Shown here: positions 35,738 through 45,950 of the stretch, piece by piece
Layout of the letters: each line of letters opens with the position of its first letter
How positions within the stretch are numbered: the first letter of the stretch is position 1
NCBI GenBank assembly: GCA_964550685.1
Contig: CAZJZY010000009.1
Span: forward strand, 1,181-65,180
DNA length: 64,000 nt
Direction of reading: 5' to 3'
From: an uncultured Rickettsiales bacterium
GTDB taxonomy: Bacteria > Pseudomonadota > Alphaproteobacteria > Rickettsiales > CANDYO01
The notes under the pieces: model-generated
The model's database searches: none
The model's input: only the letters and a program-made list of their open reading frames with translations
What the model was told of the DNA's origin: nothing
Position numbers and translations under genes: made by a program

Positions 35738-36417
35738 AATGGTCATTTTTATTTGTTCCTCTAGGGTTTATAGCAATTAGCCTAATTATATTGCTTATAA
35801 ACTTTATGATAGCCCTTAAAGTAGAGGCGGTTGAGTTAGGGGTTTGGGGTGAAAGTTCAGGCATCAAGGAAGAAGATTTTGAAACGCATATTGTCAAACA
35901 ACTAGAAGCTTTAGGAGAAGATAAACTTATAAGTCATCAAGAACAGATTAAGGATAAGATCGTTGCAGATATTAAAAGACCTAAAGCGGTTAAAGGTATT
36001 ACTAAAGCGGTAAGTAACTCAACTAGATTGCATGATCCAAGTTTTGAGCTTCAAGAAAATATTTATGATCATAACAATCAACTGCTTTACCCTAGCGGCC
36101 TGATCATTAATCCTCTAGAGAAAAAAGCATTTGATGAAATATGGGTTCTAATTGATGGCGACGATGCGCTCCAAGTAGAATTTGCCAAAAACTATCAAGA
36201 ACCTAATACTACCCTAAATAAAATAAAGAAAATTATTTTGATTAATGGCGCTCCTGGAATACAGGAGGATGGAAGTTTCTTTTTTTTCGATCAGATGGGA
36301 GAAATTAGTAAGAGGCTGGATATCAGTAAGGTTCCTAGCATAATCAGGCAAGCTCCATCGCAACCACAAATTCTTATTGAAGAAGTAGCCCTTGATAGAG
36401 AGGAAAAAGCAGAATGA
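35734..36417 (+). CDS. traW: TraW
   Basis: ..IWVLIDGDDALQVEFAK....ILINGAPG.....FFFFDQMGEISKRLDISKVPSII matches the TraW C-terminal pattern. Confidence 0.85.
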   Translation: MKWSFLFVPLGFIAISLIILLINFMIALKVEAVELGVWGESSGIKEEDFETHIVKQLEALGEDKLISHQEQIKDKIVADIKRPKAVKGITKAVSNSTRLHDPSFELQENIYDHNNQLLYPSGLIINPLEKKAFDEIWVLIDGDDALQVEFAKNYQEPNTTLNKIKKIILINGAPGIQEDGSFFFFDQMGEISKRLDISKVPSIIRQAPSQPQILIEEVALDREEKAE

Positions 36418-37424
36418 GAGGGCAGCTTAGCATAGTCATTATCGTTTTATTATTTAGTCAGAATTCTTTTGCGGAAAGCGGTAAATGTGTAGGTAAGTTT
36501 GTTAATCCTATTACTGATATTTGTTGGAGCTGTATATTTCCTATTTCTATTGGAGGCTCTAAAATTAAGTCAGGTTCAAATCGACATGATACTAAAAATC
36601 CTAGCAATATTATCTGTGGTTGCACTCAAAATAATATTCCTCGAGTTGGGATAACTATTGGATTTTGGGAGCCAGTACGCTTAATCGACGTTACTAGAAA
36701 AGCGATGTGTTTGGTAAATATGGGTGGTATTAGTTTAGGTCATGATCGTTATCAAGGTGCGCATACTAAGGCTTACGACGGCACTGAACATAACCAGCAT
36801 TCATTTTATCATACTCATTTATATCTTTATCCAGTGATTGGCTGGCTTAAGTTAATTACTGATTTAGGCTGCGTAACCAAGGGCGATACCATAGATCTAG
36901 CTTATATGAGTGAATATGATCCTACATATAAAAATGATGCTAATTTTCTTAATCCAGAAGTTTATCTATTTGCCAATCCAATTGCTCAAATGTCTTGTAG
37001 CGCCGATTGTATTTCAGCCACCACTCATCTGCCACAAGATGGATTATTTTGGTGCGCTGGTTGTTTAGGAAGTATTTATCCATTTTCAGGCAACGTTGCT
37101 TCGCATGTTGGAGGGGTGCAAGCATCAAGTTTATTAGCAATAAGATCATTAGCTAAATTACATAGAATGGGCCTATCGGGCAAAACCTCGACGAGCGATG
37201 GTAGACTCAATGGAGAGCTTTGCAGTAATAAGTTAGCTCCTAAGATTATTAAGAGCCAATATCGTCTGCAAATGACTTATCCAATTGCGGCGACCAAGGG
37301 GCCGCTAACTTGTAATGCGTTAGGAATGAGTGACGCTTTATATAACTCAGGTAAAGAATTTCCTTATAAGGGAGAAGATTTTGGGTTTTTGGTATGGAGA
37401 AAGAAAAATTGCTGCCTTCTATAA
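36414..37424 (+). CDS. traU: TraU
   Basis: CVGKFVNPITDICWSCIFPISIGG is the TraU hallmark. Confidence 0.95.
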   Translation: MRGQLSIVIIVLLFSQNSFAESGKCVGKFVNPITDICWSCIFPISIGGSKIKSGSNRHDTKNPSNIICGCTQNNIPRVGITIGFWEPVRLIDVTRKAMCLVNMGGISLGHDRYQGAHTKAYDGTEHNQHSFYHTHLYLYPVIGWLKLITDLGCVTKGDTIDLAYMSEYDPTYKNDANFLNPEVYLFANPIAQMSCSADCISATTHLPQDGLFWCAGCLGSIYPFSGNVASHVGGVQASSLLAIRSLAKLHRMGLSGKTSTSDGRLNGELCSNKLAPKIIKSQYRLQMTYPIAATKGPLTCNALGMSDALYNSGKEFPYKGEDFGFLVWRKKNCCLL

Positions 37425-37972
37425 TTAAATCTTCAAAGCTAGAGAGACTAAGTTTATTTGCTTTAAGTGCATTACTTTGCTGCCACCTAGGAATAAGAGC
37501 GGAGGCTTTTGATATAAAAAGTCAAGATCCTTTGAATAGTCAGCAAACAGATTTTAATAGAATGTTTACTCGAGGTGAGGAAGTTAATTTCTATATGTTT
37601 GCCTCTTTTTCTTTAAGTGATACTCATTTAAGGCAAATGATGGATTATGCCAAAACCTATAACGGAGTAATAGTTTTTAGAGGAATAGAGAATAATAGCT
37701 TTAAAAAAACAGCCGAGCATATTCAAAGTTTAGCAAAAGAAGGAGAGGAAGCGTCAATAATTATTGATCCAACTTTATTTAAAGAATTTCAAATCACTCA
37801 AGTACCAAGTTATGTTTTAGCTAAACGAGGACAATGTCCTGTGGGAGTCAGTTGCAAAGCAAATTACGATAAAATAATAGGTAATGTTACCCCTAAATAT
37901 GCATTAGAAGAATTTGCTGAACAAGGAGAGCTATCTCAAGAGGCGCAAGTGTTATTAGGGGAAAGTAGATGA
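37394..37972 (+). CDS. trbC: TrbC (F-type pilus assembly)
   Basis: FYMFASFSLSDTHLRQMMDYAKTYNGVIVFRG ... IDPTLFKEFQITQVPSYVL. Confidence 0.85.
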   Translation: MEKEKLLPSIIKSSKLERLSLFALSALLCCHLGIRAEAFDIKSQDPLNSQQTDFNRMFTRGEEVNFYMFASFSLSDTHLRQMMDYAKTYNGVIVFRGIENNSFKKTAEHIQSLAKEGEEASIIIDPTLFKEFQITQVPSYVLAKRGQCPVGVSCKANYDKIIGNVTPKYALEEFAEQGELSQEAQVLLGESR

Positions 37973-39075
37973 TTTTCGCGAAATGGGGATTAATTATCTG
38001 TTGTTACCTTTTAAGCGCTCTTAATTTGCTAGCCCAAGAAGAAAGGCCTCTAGCAGATATAGTTAGAGAAAGGGCTGAAAATTCTAAGGGCTTGGCACAG
38101 AGTTTTCATAGCACAGAAGAGATCCCACAATTTTCAGAAGCCAAAAAAAATGAAATAGCTCATAACCTTTCTTCTACTTCTGCAGATGATTTAAAAAACG
38201 AAGGAGCAAAGCTCCGAGATGAACATATTCAAAAAGATCCAGATGGGATTATGGCAACAATGGTAGAGGCTACTGATATTAAGAAAGTCACAGGAGATAA
38301 CTGTAAAGGCTGTGAAAAATATGGTGAGCTTAAAATGTTTAAAGATGCAGATAGATATATGCAAGATCCAATTTCTCAAATGGAGCTAATTAAGTCCCAA
38401 GGCTGCGCCGAAGAAGATAATTCTAGATCAGGCTTTATAAAACAAGAAAATATAGAAACTTATACAGACATAGTAGAAGAATTGCGGATCTGTGAGAGGC
38501 CAATAACAAAATTTAGATGCACTAGAACCTTGTCGCTTGAGTGTAAAAGTATAGCTCAATGCGATTATGGCGGAATTGCCAAAGGAACTTTTTCTGAAGG
38601 ATTACTTTATGATATTAGTGAGGGAGGGCTTTTGACCATTGGGAGAGATGGTGATAATTATTATGAGGGGCAATGTGCGACCTTTAAAGAAATAGTCAGT
38701 TTTAGAATAGCTAAACTAGATTTAGTCTCCATCTTTCAATTAACTCGTCTTAAGTTTGATGACTATATAGAGCTAAAATTAAATGGCCATATTGTATATG
38801 TGGGGCCAGATGGAGGTGAATATGTAAGAGTAGAAAAAGAGAACGGGAAGGACAAGGTTTTTAATGGAAAACATTATAATGAATGCGAAAGAGCAATAGA
38901 TCAAGATGAGGCGGTAAAAGTAGATCTTAAGCCGTATTTAAAACAAGGAGAAAACGTTTTAGAGATAAAACTTATAGTAGGGGGTAAGGGTGAAGCAAGA
39001 TTAGAAATCGAAGCTAAACAAAAATGCTGTGAAAATAATGATTGGCAAGAAACATGGGTAGAAAACTGTGAATAA
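37969..39075 (+). CDS. traN: TraN, N-terminal part (own signal peptide, Cys-rich)
   Basis: Signal peptide. RICERPITKFRCTRTLSLEC parallels F TraN YTCER....QYCTRT. It ends ..WQETWVENCE at TAA 39073-39075. Confidence 0.8.
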   Translation: MIFAKWGLIICCYLLSALNLLAQEERPLADIVRERAENSKGLAQSFHSTEEIPQFSEAKKNEIAHNLSSTSADDLKNEGAKLRDEHIQKDPDGIMATMVEATDIKKVTGDNCKGCEKYGELKMFKDADRYMQDPISQMELIKSQGCAEEDNSRSGFIKQENIETYTDIVEELRICERPITKFRCTRTLSLECKSIAQCDYGGIAKGTFSEGLLYDISEGGLLTIGRDGDNYYEGQCATFKEIVSFRIAKLDLVSIFQLTRLKFDDYIELKLNGHIVYVGPDGGEYVRVEKENGKDKVFNGKHYNECERAIDQDEAVKVDLKPYLKQGENVLEIKLIVGGKGEARLEIEAKQKCCENNDWQETWVENCE

Positions 39076-39079
39076 ATTT

Positions 39080-39337
39080 ATGAAATTCAATATTCAGAAA
39101 GCTAGATATAGGAATAAAAAAGCAAAGCATTTAATTACTATGCTTTGGTTGTTTTTTGGTCTAGTAGGTATATTTAGTTTTTCTAAGATAAGCTTCGCTA
39201 GTGATTATATTCAAGGAGAAGTTGGATATAGTGAAATAATGGAAGAAGTGATAGCACAAGAATTCCCAGCTGAAGAGGCTTGTGTTGACGAGAAAAGTCA
39301 TTGTCTTGATGCAACAAAAGAGAAAATCATAGATTGA
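39080..39337 (+). CDS. traN: TraN middle fragment with its own signal-peptide-like N-terminus, ending at an in-frame TGA
   Basis: MKFNIQKARYRNKKAKHLITMLWLFFGLVGIFSFSKISFA/SD.., then ..EEACVDEKSHCLDATKEKIID followed by the stop. It is in the same frame as the next ORF. Confidence 0.5.
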   Translation: MKFNIQKARYRNKKAKHLITMLWLFFGLVGIFSFSKISFASDYIQGEVGYSEIMEEVIAQEFPAEEACVDEKSHCLDATKEKIID

Positions 39338-39343
39338 ATAGTA

Positions 39344-40294
39344 GTGGAAAGAGATTGTTGGAAAAATGAATATATCAAGAACTGTAATAATGGACCAAGC
39401 AAAAATAACTGTCCTAATATTCAGCAAGAGGATTTTAACTTTGTTAAAGATGTTTGTCTAAGTGTTATCAAAATAGGAGAAAAGAGTCATTGTATAAATG
39501 TAAGAAAATTATTCTCTCGTAAATTTAGTAAAACTGAACAAATAAATCGCAGCAGAATTATTATGGATCCAGATAATAAAAACGCCGTGAGAAATGTATT
39601 ATGTAATGCATTTTGTTTAGATGGAAAATGTAGCTCGGCATTCAAAGAAGAGCAAAAAAATAATGACGAGATAGCCAGTAGTATAGCCCAATTAGAGATG
39701 CTTTCTAATATTAGAAAGGGCTTAGTTGATGAGAATAATCTTAAATTTGATGTTTTTGGCTCTACCCCAAGTAAATGTCATGATAAAACTGTCTTTTTTA
39801 GTAATTGCTGTGATGATTCTGGGTTTTTAAAGAAAACGGGCTTAACTAACTGCTCTGAAGGACAGAAGAACTTAGCAAAGCAGCGACGTAGTAATAAATG
39901 CGAAGATATTGGTGAATATTGCGCCGAGAAAATACCCGTAATTAATACATGTATTAGAAAAAGTAGAACTTTTTGTTGCTTCCCAACCATTTTATCTAAG
40001 CTTATTAGGCTTGGAGCAAGAGACCAGTTAGGTAAAGATTTTGGCAGTCCTGAGCATCCTCAATGTGGCGGCCTAACTTTAGAGGACATAGAAAGACTTG
40101 ATTTTAGTCTGATAGACTTTCAGGAATTCTTTGATGCAGAAGTACAGCCAATGATGAAAAGCTATAGTATTGAAGATAATGAGGCTTTGGTTAAAAGATC
40201 ATTTCCAAATGGATCCCAAGGGAACAGCTCCAATTCATTCTCAGAAAGTGGTGCAGAAGGTGTAAATGAGAAATTATTTCAAGAGGGGAGATAG
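39344..40294 (+). CDS. traN: TraN C-terminal part (continues the frame of 39080..39337 after one TGA)
   Basis: ..ERDCWKNEYIKNC.. and CCDDSGFLKKTGLTNCSEGQKNLAKQRRSNKCEDIGEYC...TFCCFPTILSKLIRLGARDQLGKDFGSPEHPQCGGLTLEDIERLDFSLIDF form the conserved TraN C-terminus. Confidence 0.8.
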   Translation: MERDCWKNEYIKNCNNGPSKNNCPNIQQEDFNFVKDVCLSVIKIGEKSHCINVRKLFSRKFSKTEQINRSRIIMDPDNKNAVRNVLCNAFCLDGKCSSAFKEEQKNNDEIASSIAQLEMLSNIRKGLVDENNLKFDVFGSTPSKCHDKTVFFSNCCDDSGFLKKTGLTNCSEGQKNLAKQRRSNKCEDIGEYCAEKIPVINTCIRKSRTFCCFPTILSKLIRLGARDQLGKDFGSPEHPQCGGLTLEDIERLDFSLIDFQEFFDAEVQPMMKSYSIEDNEALVKRSFPNGSQGNSSNSFSESGAEGVNEKLFQEGR

Positions 40295-40296
40295 TT

Positions 40297-41133
40297 ATGC
40301 TTAGGCGGGTCATCATCGAAGGCAATAGTAAGAAAACAAATAATAAAAGTTTGGTTTTAATTTCGATTCTAATCATGTTAGTAGCTAATTCGAGTTTAGC
40401 TGAGAATTTATTTTATAATGATAGGGAGAGAGGCTGGTATTATAGAGAGTGTATCAATTGTGAAGAGTTAGAAAAGGTAAAAAAGCCAAACAATCAGAAA
40501 AAACCTTTAAGTGAAATGAGCCCTAAGCAAGTGCTTGATACTTTATCTTCAGTACAGAAAGAACTTCAAGTAAGGCAAGCGAGATTTACTTTAGAGCCTA
40601 GTGTAGAAAATGCTCGTTCATTTTTAGATTATCAACGTTTAATGTTTAAAAATGGTACTGAAGCTGGTGAAGCAATGCAAACAGCATTGATTAAGTACCC
40701 CTATCTTGATTCAAGAATAGAAAATCCTATTAGCCAACAAGCCATTAAAATTCAAACTTTAGAGCAAGATGTAGCTAATGATTTAAAAATCAAAGAATTT
40801 GCTCAGCAATTTAAGTTATTTTATTTCTTTAAGCCGGACTGTCCATATTGTCATGAGTTTCAGCCAGTTCTAGAAAATATTGCAAAAGATTATGGCTTTA
40901 TAGTTGAGGCAATCAGTAGCGATGGGACGAAGCTTAATGGTTTTCCAACCAGAATTGATAATGACCTAGCAAGTAAGCTTAATGTAACGACTTACCCTAC
41001 AGTTATTGCCTATAACAGCAAAAATAATATTTATCTTCCTGTATCGCGAGGATTTCTGCCTGAATCAGATTTGAAGCTTAATATTCTGCATGTTTATGCG
41101 CATATAGTTAAATTATCGATGGAGGTAAAGTGA
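40297..41133 (+). CDS. traF: TraF (thioredoxin-fold, retains CxxC)
   Basis: ..FYNDRERGWYYRE.. N-terminus and FFFKPDCPYCHEFQPVL thioredoxin motif. Confidence 0.9.
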   Translation: MLRRVIIEGNSKKTNNKSLVLISILIMLVANSSLAENLFYNDRERGWYYRECINCEELEKVKKPNNQKKPLSEMSPKQVLDTLSSVQKELQVRQARFTLEPSVENARSFLDYQRLMFKNGTEAGEAMQTALIKYPYLDSRIENPISQQAIKIQTLEQDVANDLKIKEFAQQFKLFYFFKPDCPYCHEFQPVLENIAKDYGFIVEAISSDGTKLNGFPTRIDNDLASKLNVTTYPTVIAYNSKNNIYLPVSRGFLPESDLKLNILHVYAHIVKLSMEVK

Positions 41134-42524
41134 AAACTTTTGATAAATATTGTTTATATATGATATTAGGGCTGCAGTTAATATCACCTTTTGCTGCGAA
41201 TGCTGGATTACTAGAAAACTCATTATCTAAGCTTGGCGTAATGTCTACTAGCAATCGACCAGGAGTTATCGATGATCAATTAGGCGGATATATGACGGGT
41301 GGAAGTTTACATACCCGTAATAGTATTTCCGATGAAAATCTTGTGAATATTCAATTACCATCTTTAAATATGGGTTGTGGTGGTATTGATCTACATACTG
41401 GAGGATTAGGGTATATCAACAGCTCTAATTTAGAAAAGCTAATGAAGAATATAGGTAGCTCTGCAGCATCTTACGGAGCGATGCTAACTGTTAAGACTAT
41501 TTCTCCTCAGGTGGCCGATGTGTTATCTCAATTAGAATCTATGGCAAGATTCTTAAACTCACAGAATATTAATTCCTGTCAAATGGGGGCTTTAATAGCT
41601 TCTGGTGCATTTCCTAAGACTGTAGCTTCACAAGAATTAGCCTGTAATGCTAAAGAAATGGGAAATAGTAGAGTTGGTAATTATTTTACTTCTAGGGCTG
41701 CATGTTCTTCTGCTGATAAAGCAATGGGAAATAGAGATGAATATAATGGTATGTTAGGTACTGAATTTAATCTCGTTTGGCATGCTTTAAGAAAGTTAAA
41801 TCCAGATATGAGTCAAGAAAGAATAGAAGATTTGATGAGCCTGAGTGGCACTTTGATTTCCAAACCTAATGAAGACGGGGGAGGTGGTGTTACTTTAATG
41901 CATAGGAATTCTTTAATTAAGGATTCTAAATTACTAGAAGCTAAGCTCTATGGCATTGAAAAAGGCAATATAAGGCTTTATGAGTGTAAGAATAATACTG
42001 ATAATAAATGTATTAATCTAGAGTTCAAAGAAGATCCAGAGTCGATGACCAGGGAGAAATCTTATCTAGTTTTAATTAAAACTCTGATTACGAGTATTGC
42101 TGATAAATTAATGCAAGAAACTGAAGGAGCCTTGGTTACTCTAACTGCCGATGAAAAAGATGTGGTTCAAACTTCATCGGTGCCCATAATTAGTATTATT
42201 AGTCTTGAAACAGCTTTAAAAGGTAATGGTATTGCTTTGGCTACTGAGGAATATGCAGAGTTAGTAGCCTTTGATTATTTAATTAGCTACCTAGATAATA
42301 TGTTGGACGAGGTCTATAAAGCTCTGGCTACTTTAGAATATAGTCAAATGGATAGTGAGCATATTAAGAACTTTAAGGAAGAGATACGTTATATAAAAAG
42401 CTATTTGATTTCTGAAAGACAAGGAGCTTTTGAGCGGATGAATACTTTGTTATCTGTTAAGCAAAGATTTCTGCAAGTGCAGCAGATGGTAAAATCAACT
42501 TTCGCAGAATATCGTAGTAATTAG
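41130..42524 (+). CDS. traH: TraH
   Basis: GGYMTGGSLHTRN....LPSLNMGCGGIDLHTGG and ..NSCQMGA.. match the TraH pattern. Confidence 0.9.
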   Translation: MKTFDKYCLYMILGLQLISPFAANAGLLENSLSKLGVMSTSNRPGVIDDQLGGYMTGGSLHTRNSISDENLVNIQLPSLNMGCGGIDLHTGGLGYINSSNLEKLMKNIGSSAASYGAMLTVKTISPQVADVLSQLESMARFLNSQNINSCQMGALIASGAFPKTVASQELACNAKEMGNSRVGNYFTSRAACSSADKAMGNRDEYNGMLGTEFNLVWHALRKLNPDMSQERIEDLMSLSGTLISKPNEDGGGGVTLMHRNSLIKDSKLLEAKLYGIEKGNIRLYECKNNTDNKCINLEFKEDPESMTREKSYLVLIKTLITSIADKLMQETEGALVTLTADEKDVVQTSSVPIISIISLETALKGNGIALATEEYAELVAFDYLISYLDNMLDEVYKALATLEYSQMDSEHIKNFKEEIRYIKSYLISERQGAFERMNTLLSVKQRFLQVQQMVKSTFAEYRSN

Positions 42525-42549
42525 GCAAGAGATCAGGAGAAATTAAGTT

Positions 42550-45294
42550 ATGGATAATATTGTTTATAGTTATGGAGGTGGGGAGGCTTTATTTAAAGTT
42601 TTAATGGGCATTAAAATGATTTATAACAGTGAATTAAGTAAAGATCTAATACATATGATGACTTTTGTTGGTCTAGCTTGGGCTGCGTTTCAGGGGGTTA
42701 CCCAGAATAGCTGGATACCAAAGTTAAGTTGGGTAGTAAAATATGCGTTAATTACCTCTCTTTTTATTACTCCGACTGCAGATTTAACTGTGAGTGACAG
42801 TGTAACTGGATATAGAAATAAAGTTGATAACTTACCGCTGGGATTAGTATTACCAGCTTCTGTCTTTAGCGGTATAGGCTTTGGTATTACTAAATTATTT
42901 GATCAGGCCTTCTCAGATGCAGACAGTAATATTGCATATTATAAATATGGTCAGAGTTTTGGGGCAGCATTAATAAGTCAATCAAGAAACTTTAAGATTC
43001 AAGATTCAGGTTTTAGAGAGAATATTGAAGGCTTTATTGATAATTGTATTATTTATGATGTTATGGTTGGGAGAAAATATAGCGCTAGTGATCTAAGAGA
43101 TTCAGAGAATATATGGGCTTTAGTATCCAAAAATGCATCTAGCATTAGAATGTTTAATTATCGAGACCAAGGTAAAACTGGCGAAAGAAAGCTAGTAACT
43201 TGCAAGGAAGGAGCGGCGAAACTTAGCCAGTACTGGGAAACCGATATTGATAAATTAGCTAAAAAATATGGCAGCACTATTTTTGGCAAATATGGCGATA
43301 AAATAGTTCAATCAATGAATAATAGTAATAATCAAGTTTTAGGAAAGTCATTTTTAGCTAATATAAACGTAGTTACTGATCTCTATGGCAAAAATAATGG
43401 AGGGCTAAACACTCTCAAACAAATTATGATGATCAATGCAATTGCTGATATTCCGATGAGTTATGGGGCGGTAAAGGCTAAGCAACAGCAGCAAGAAGCT
43501 TGGTTAATTTCTGGGCAATTAGCGAGGGAGATCCTGCCAACTTTACATGCTATATTTGCGGCATTAATTTATGCTTCATTTATTTTGATTGTAGGCATGC
43601 TGGTTTTACCGAATGGGTTTAAAACTCTAGCTAATTATTTTGGCTTACTTATTTGGATTGAGACGTGGCCTCCATTATTTGCGGTATTAAATTTACTTAC
43701 TAATGTTTCTAGTAAAACCTTAGGAGGAGACTTTAGTGCTATTACAATGAATAATGCTTCGCAGATAATTAGTCATAATAATAATATCTCGGTGGTCGCA
43801 AGTGGGATGATGATAGTATTGCCTTATTTATCTTACAACCTCCTAAAAGGTGGCGCTGGGCAATTTGTGCACTTAGCAAATCAAGTTATGGGAAGTAGCC
43901 AAAGCGCTGCCATGGCTGCAAGTAATGAAGTTACTTCAGGCAATAGAAGCTTAGATAATACCTCAATTTCAAATGGTCAATGGCATAATAATTCTGGCTT
44001 TAAGACGGATATGAATGCGGCATTTAGATCAGGTCATCAAGAGCATCAACTAGCTGATGGGACTTTAGTTAAACAAACAGCAGATGGGAATATGATTCTT
44101 CACTCAGGACCAGGCATTACCGAATCGGCTGGAGCTGACTCAATGCATATGTCGAAGAGTAATAGTTCTCAAGATCATCAGTCCTTAAGTTATGAGAAAT
44201 CTAAGCTTAAATCTGAACAATTTGAATATGCAAAGACAGAACAAGAGACGCAGCGCCAAGCTTATGAGTTTGTAAAAAGAATAGCTGCTGGAGAATTAAG
44301 TGGCACGAATTATAACTATGATAAAACTTCAGCCTCTGGCAAGGTATTCCATGATGCTGTGGCAGAAGAGAAGCAACTGCAATTATATCATAGATACGCT
44401 CATACTCAAACATCTGGAGTGGGGATTGGAGGCAAGATTGGAGGAGAAGTAGGGCTTGGTACCGGCGGAGGAGATTCTTTAGTAGGAAAATCTCCATTTA
44501 AAGCAAATGTTTCCGCAGGAATCGAAATAAATGCGCGCGGTTCAGCGGATCATACTAATGAACAATCTGTGGCTGAGAATAGGGGATCTAGCACTAATGC
44601 AAATGTTGCAGATCAAGTTGAGGATATTGCTAGGGTAGCTAAATCAATGCATTTTGGAGAAACACAGAATAATGAAAAGTCATTAGCCGACTCACTATCT
44701 GGTTCTTATGAGCAAATGATCCAGCAACGAAGCTCGATATCAGTTCACCAAGATAATATTGATAGATATCAAAGTTCACAGGATAATACTCAAGGAACTA
44801 GTTATACTGAGAATAGAGATACCTACTCAGATAAATTAGATTATATTGCTAAGAAGAAAGATGAAGATGGATTTACAATTGGAAAAGTGAGCGCAGCTAA
44901 GATTATTAGGGATAGAGGTCCGCAATATGAAGCGCTTAATCAGGAATACATAAGTAAACATTTGCCGCCTCAGAAAATGCTAAATCATGATTTTAATCAC
45001 CAGAAAGCTATAGCAGAAATTTCAGAATCTAACTTACAAGGAAGTTATAATGATGTACGTGTTAGAGGAGCAGCGTTAATGAGATCTGATGCGGATATTG
45101 ATAAACAAGCTAAACGTGAATATGCATTACAATCTAGCAATAACAATGTCAACATCGAGGCGGCAGAGAAAAAAATATTGAATAGTGGAAATGACAAGCA
45201 AGATCAAGCAAATCAAGCAGAAGCGGATAGACCAGATTACTCCAAAGATCTATTTGGAATAAATAAAAATGAGAATGAGGAGTTTAAGAAATAA
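42550..45294 (+). CDS. traG: TraG (F-type; VirB6-like N-terminus with a long C-terminal periplasmic region)
   Basis: Multi-TM TraG_N-like first ~450 aa. S/N/Q-rich C-terminal half. Position after traH. Confidence 0.9.
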   Translation: MDNIVYSYGGGEALFKVLMGIKMIYNSELSKDLIHMMTFVGLAWAAFQGVTQNSWIPKLSWVVKYALITSLFITPTADLTVSDSVTGYRNKVDNLPLGLVLPASVFSGIGFGITKLFDQAFSDADSNIAYYKYGQSFGAALISQSRNFKIQDSGFRENIEGFIDNCIIYDVMVGRKYSASDLRDSENIWALVSKNASSIRMFNYRDQGKTGERKLVTCKEGAAKLSQYWETDIDKLAKKYGSTIFGKYGDKIVQSMNNSNNQVLGKSFLANINVVTDLYGKNNGGLNTLKQIMMINAIADIPMSYGAVKAKQQQQEAWLISGQLAREILPTLHAIFAALIYASFILIVGMLVLPNGFKTLANYFGLLIWIETWPPLFAVLNLLTNVSSKTLGGDFSAITMNNASQIISHNNNISVVASGMMIVLPYLSYNLLKGGAGQFVHLANQVMGSSQSAAMAASNEVTSGNRSLDNTSISNGQWHNNSGFKTDMNAAFRSGHQEHQLADGTLVKQTADGNMILHSGPGITESAGADSMHMSKSNSSQDHQSLSYEKSKLKSEQFEYAKTEQETQRQAYEFVKRIAAGELSGTNYNYDKTSASGKVFHDAVAEEKQLQLYHRYAHTQTSGVGIGGKIGGEVGLGTGGGDSLVGKSPFKANVSAGIEINARGSADHTNEQSVAENRGSSTNANVADQVEDIARVAKSMHFGETQNNEKSLADSLSGSYEQMIQQRSSISVHQDNIDRYQSSQDNTQGTSYTENRDTYSDKLDYIAKKKDEDGFTIGKVSAAKIIRDRGPQYEALNQEYISKHLPPQKMLNHDFNHQKAIAEISESNLQGSYNDVRVRGAALMRSDADIDKQAKREYALQSSNNNVNIEAAEKKILNSGNDKQDQANQAEADRPDYSKDLFGINKNENEEFKK

Positions 45295-45308
45295 GGAAAT
45301 AGACCTTC

Positions 45309-45950
45309 TTAATAATTCCGGTGATTATAGATGTTTCCTGTTAAATAAGAATATTCAGGACTACTAAGCTGGCTAGAAAGATTAGACGCTCCAACGTCGG
45401 ATCTAGATCGGTTAGAAATATTAGCCGAGTTTGTAAATACAATAGTGAAGGAAGTATCTATAGGTAAGTTTTTATAGAAATAAAAGCTATGTCTTACTAT
45501 ATATGGAGCGATAAGAAAGAGACAGGTACTTATGAAGCTAAATGCTAGTTCAGAATCAGGAAAATAATCAGTTAACAATTGAAATGGCGGAAAAAATAAA
45601 AGGATTAAAGTAATGACCATAGAAACTATTAGACATGTGAACCTTTCTTTGGAAGACCAGTTGATAACTTTTTCGCCGTCGGCATTGAAATATTGGTGTT
45701 CTGGAATACTAAATTTTTTGATTTCTATACCTTCTGGTGTAAAGCCTTTTACTTCTCTTTTTTCTAATTGGCGATTACGACTGAGCCAAGTTGGAATAAA
45801 CCAATATGTTGCTATAACCGCGAGAGCAGCTAAGGTCTGTAGAGCAGTATCTTTCGTTAATAAAAGACTAGTAGAGAAGATTATTAATATAAGGCCAGTT
45901 ATGCCTGATTTTAAAATTACTTTTCGATCATTACTTAGAGAGTTTATCAT
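45309..45950 (-). CDS. polytopic membrane protein (213 aa), inverted relative to the tra block
   Basis: About 4 hydrophobic segments. It sits between traG and SLT/traD. Its start codon overlaps the SLT start divergently (TCATGA, 45948-45951). Confidence 0.5.
   Translation of the reverse strand: MINSLSNDRKVILKSGITGLILIIFSTSLLLTKDTALQTLAALAVIATYWFIPTWLSRNRQLEKREVKGFTPEGIEIKKFSIPEHQYFNADGEKVINWSSKERFTCLIVSMVITLILLFFPPFQLLTDYFPDSELAFSFISTCLFLIAPYIVRHSFYFYKNLPIDTSFTIVFTNSANISNRSRSDVGASNLSSQLSSPEYSYLTGNIYNHRNY

Noticed and set aside
39335-39337. In-frame TGA in traN as evidence for a TGA=Trp code or selenocysteine
   Set aside because: TGA terminates several well-defined genes here (umuD, traV, trbI, traW and others, in ATGA overlaps). 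No SECIS-like hairpin follows, and the aligned TraN position is not a conserved Trp or Cys.
45613-45948. Long N-terminal extension of the lytic transglycosylase ORF (track start 45613)
   Set aside because: The extension is antisense to the membrane-protein ORF and has no SLT similarity. A signal peptide begins exactly at the internal ATG 45949.
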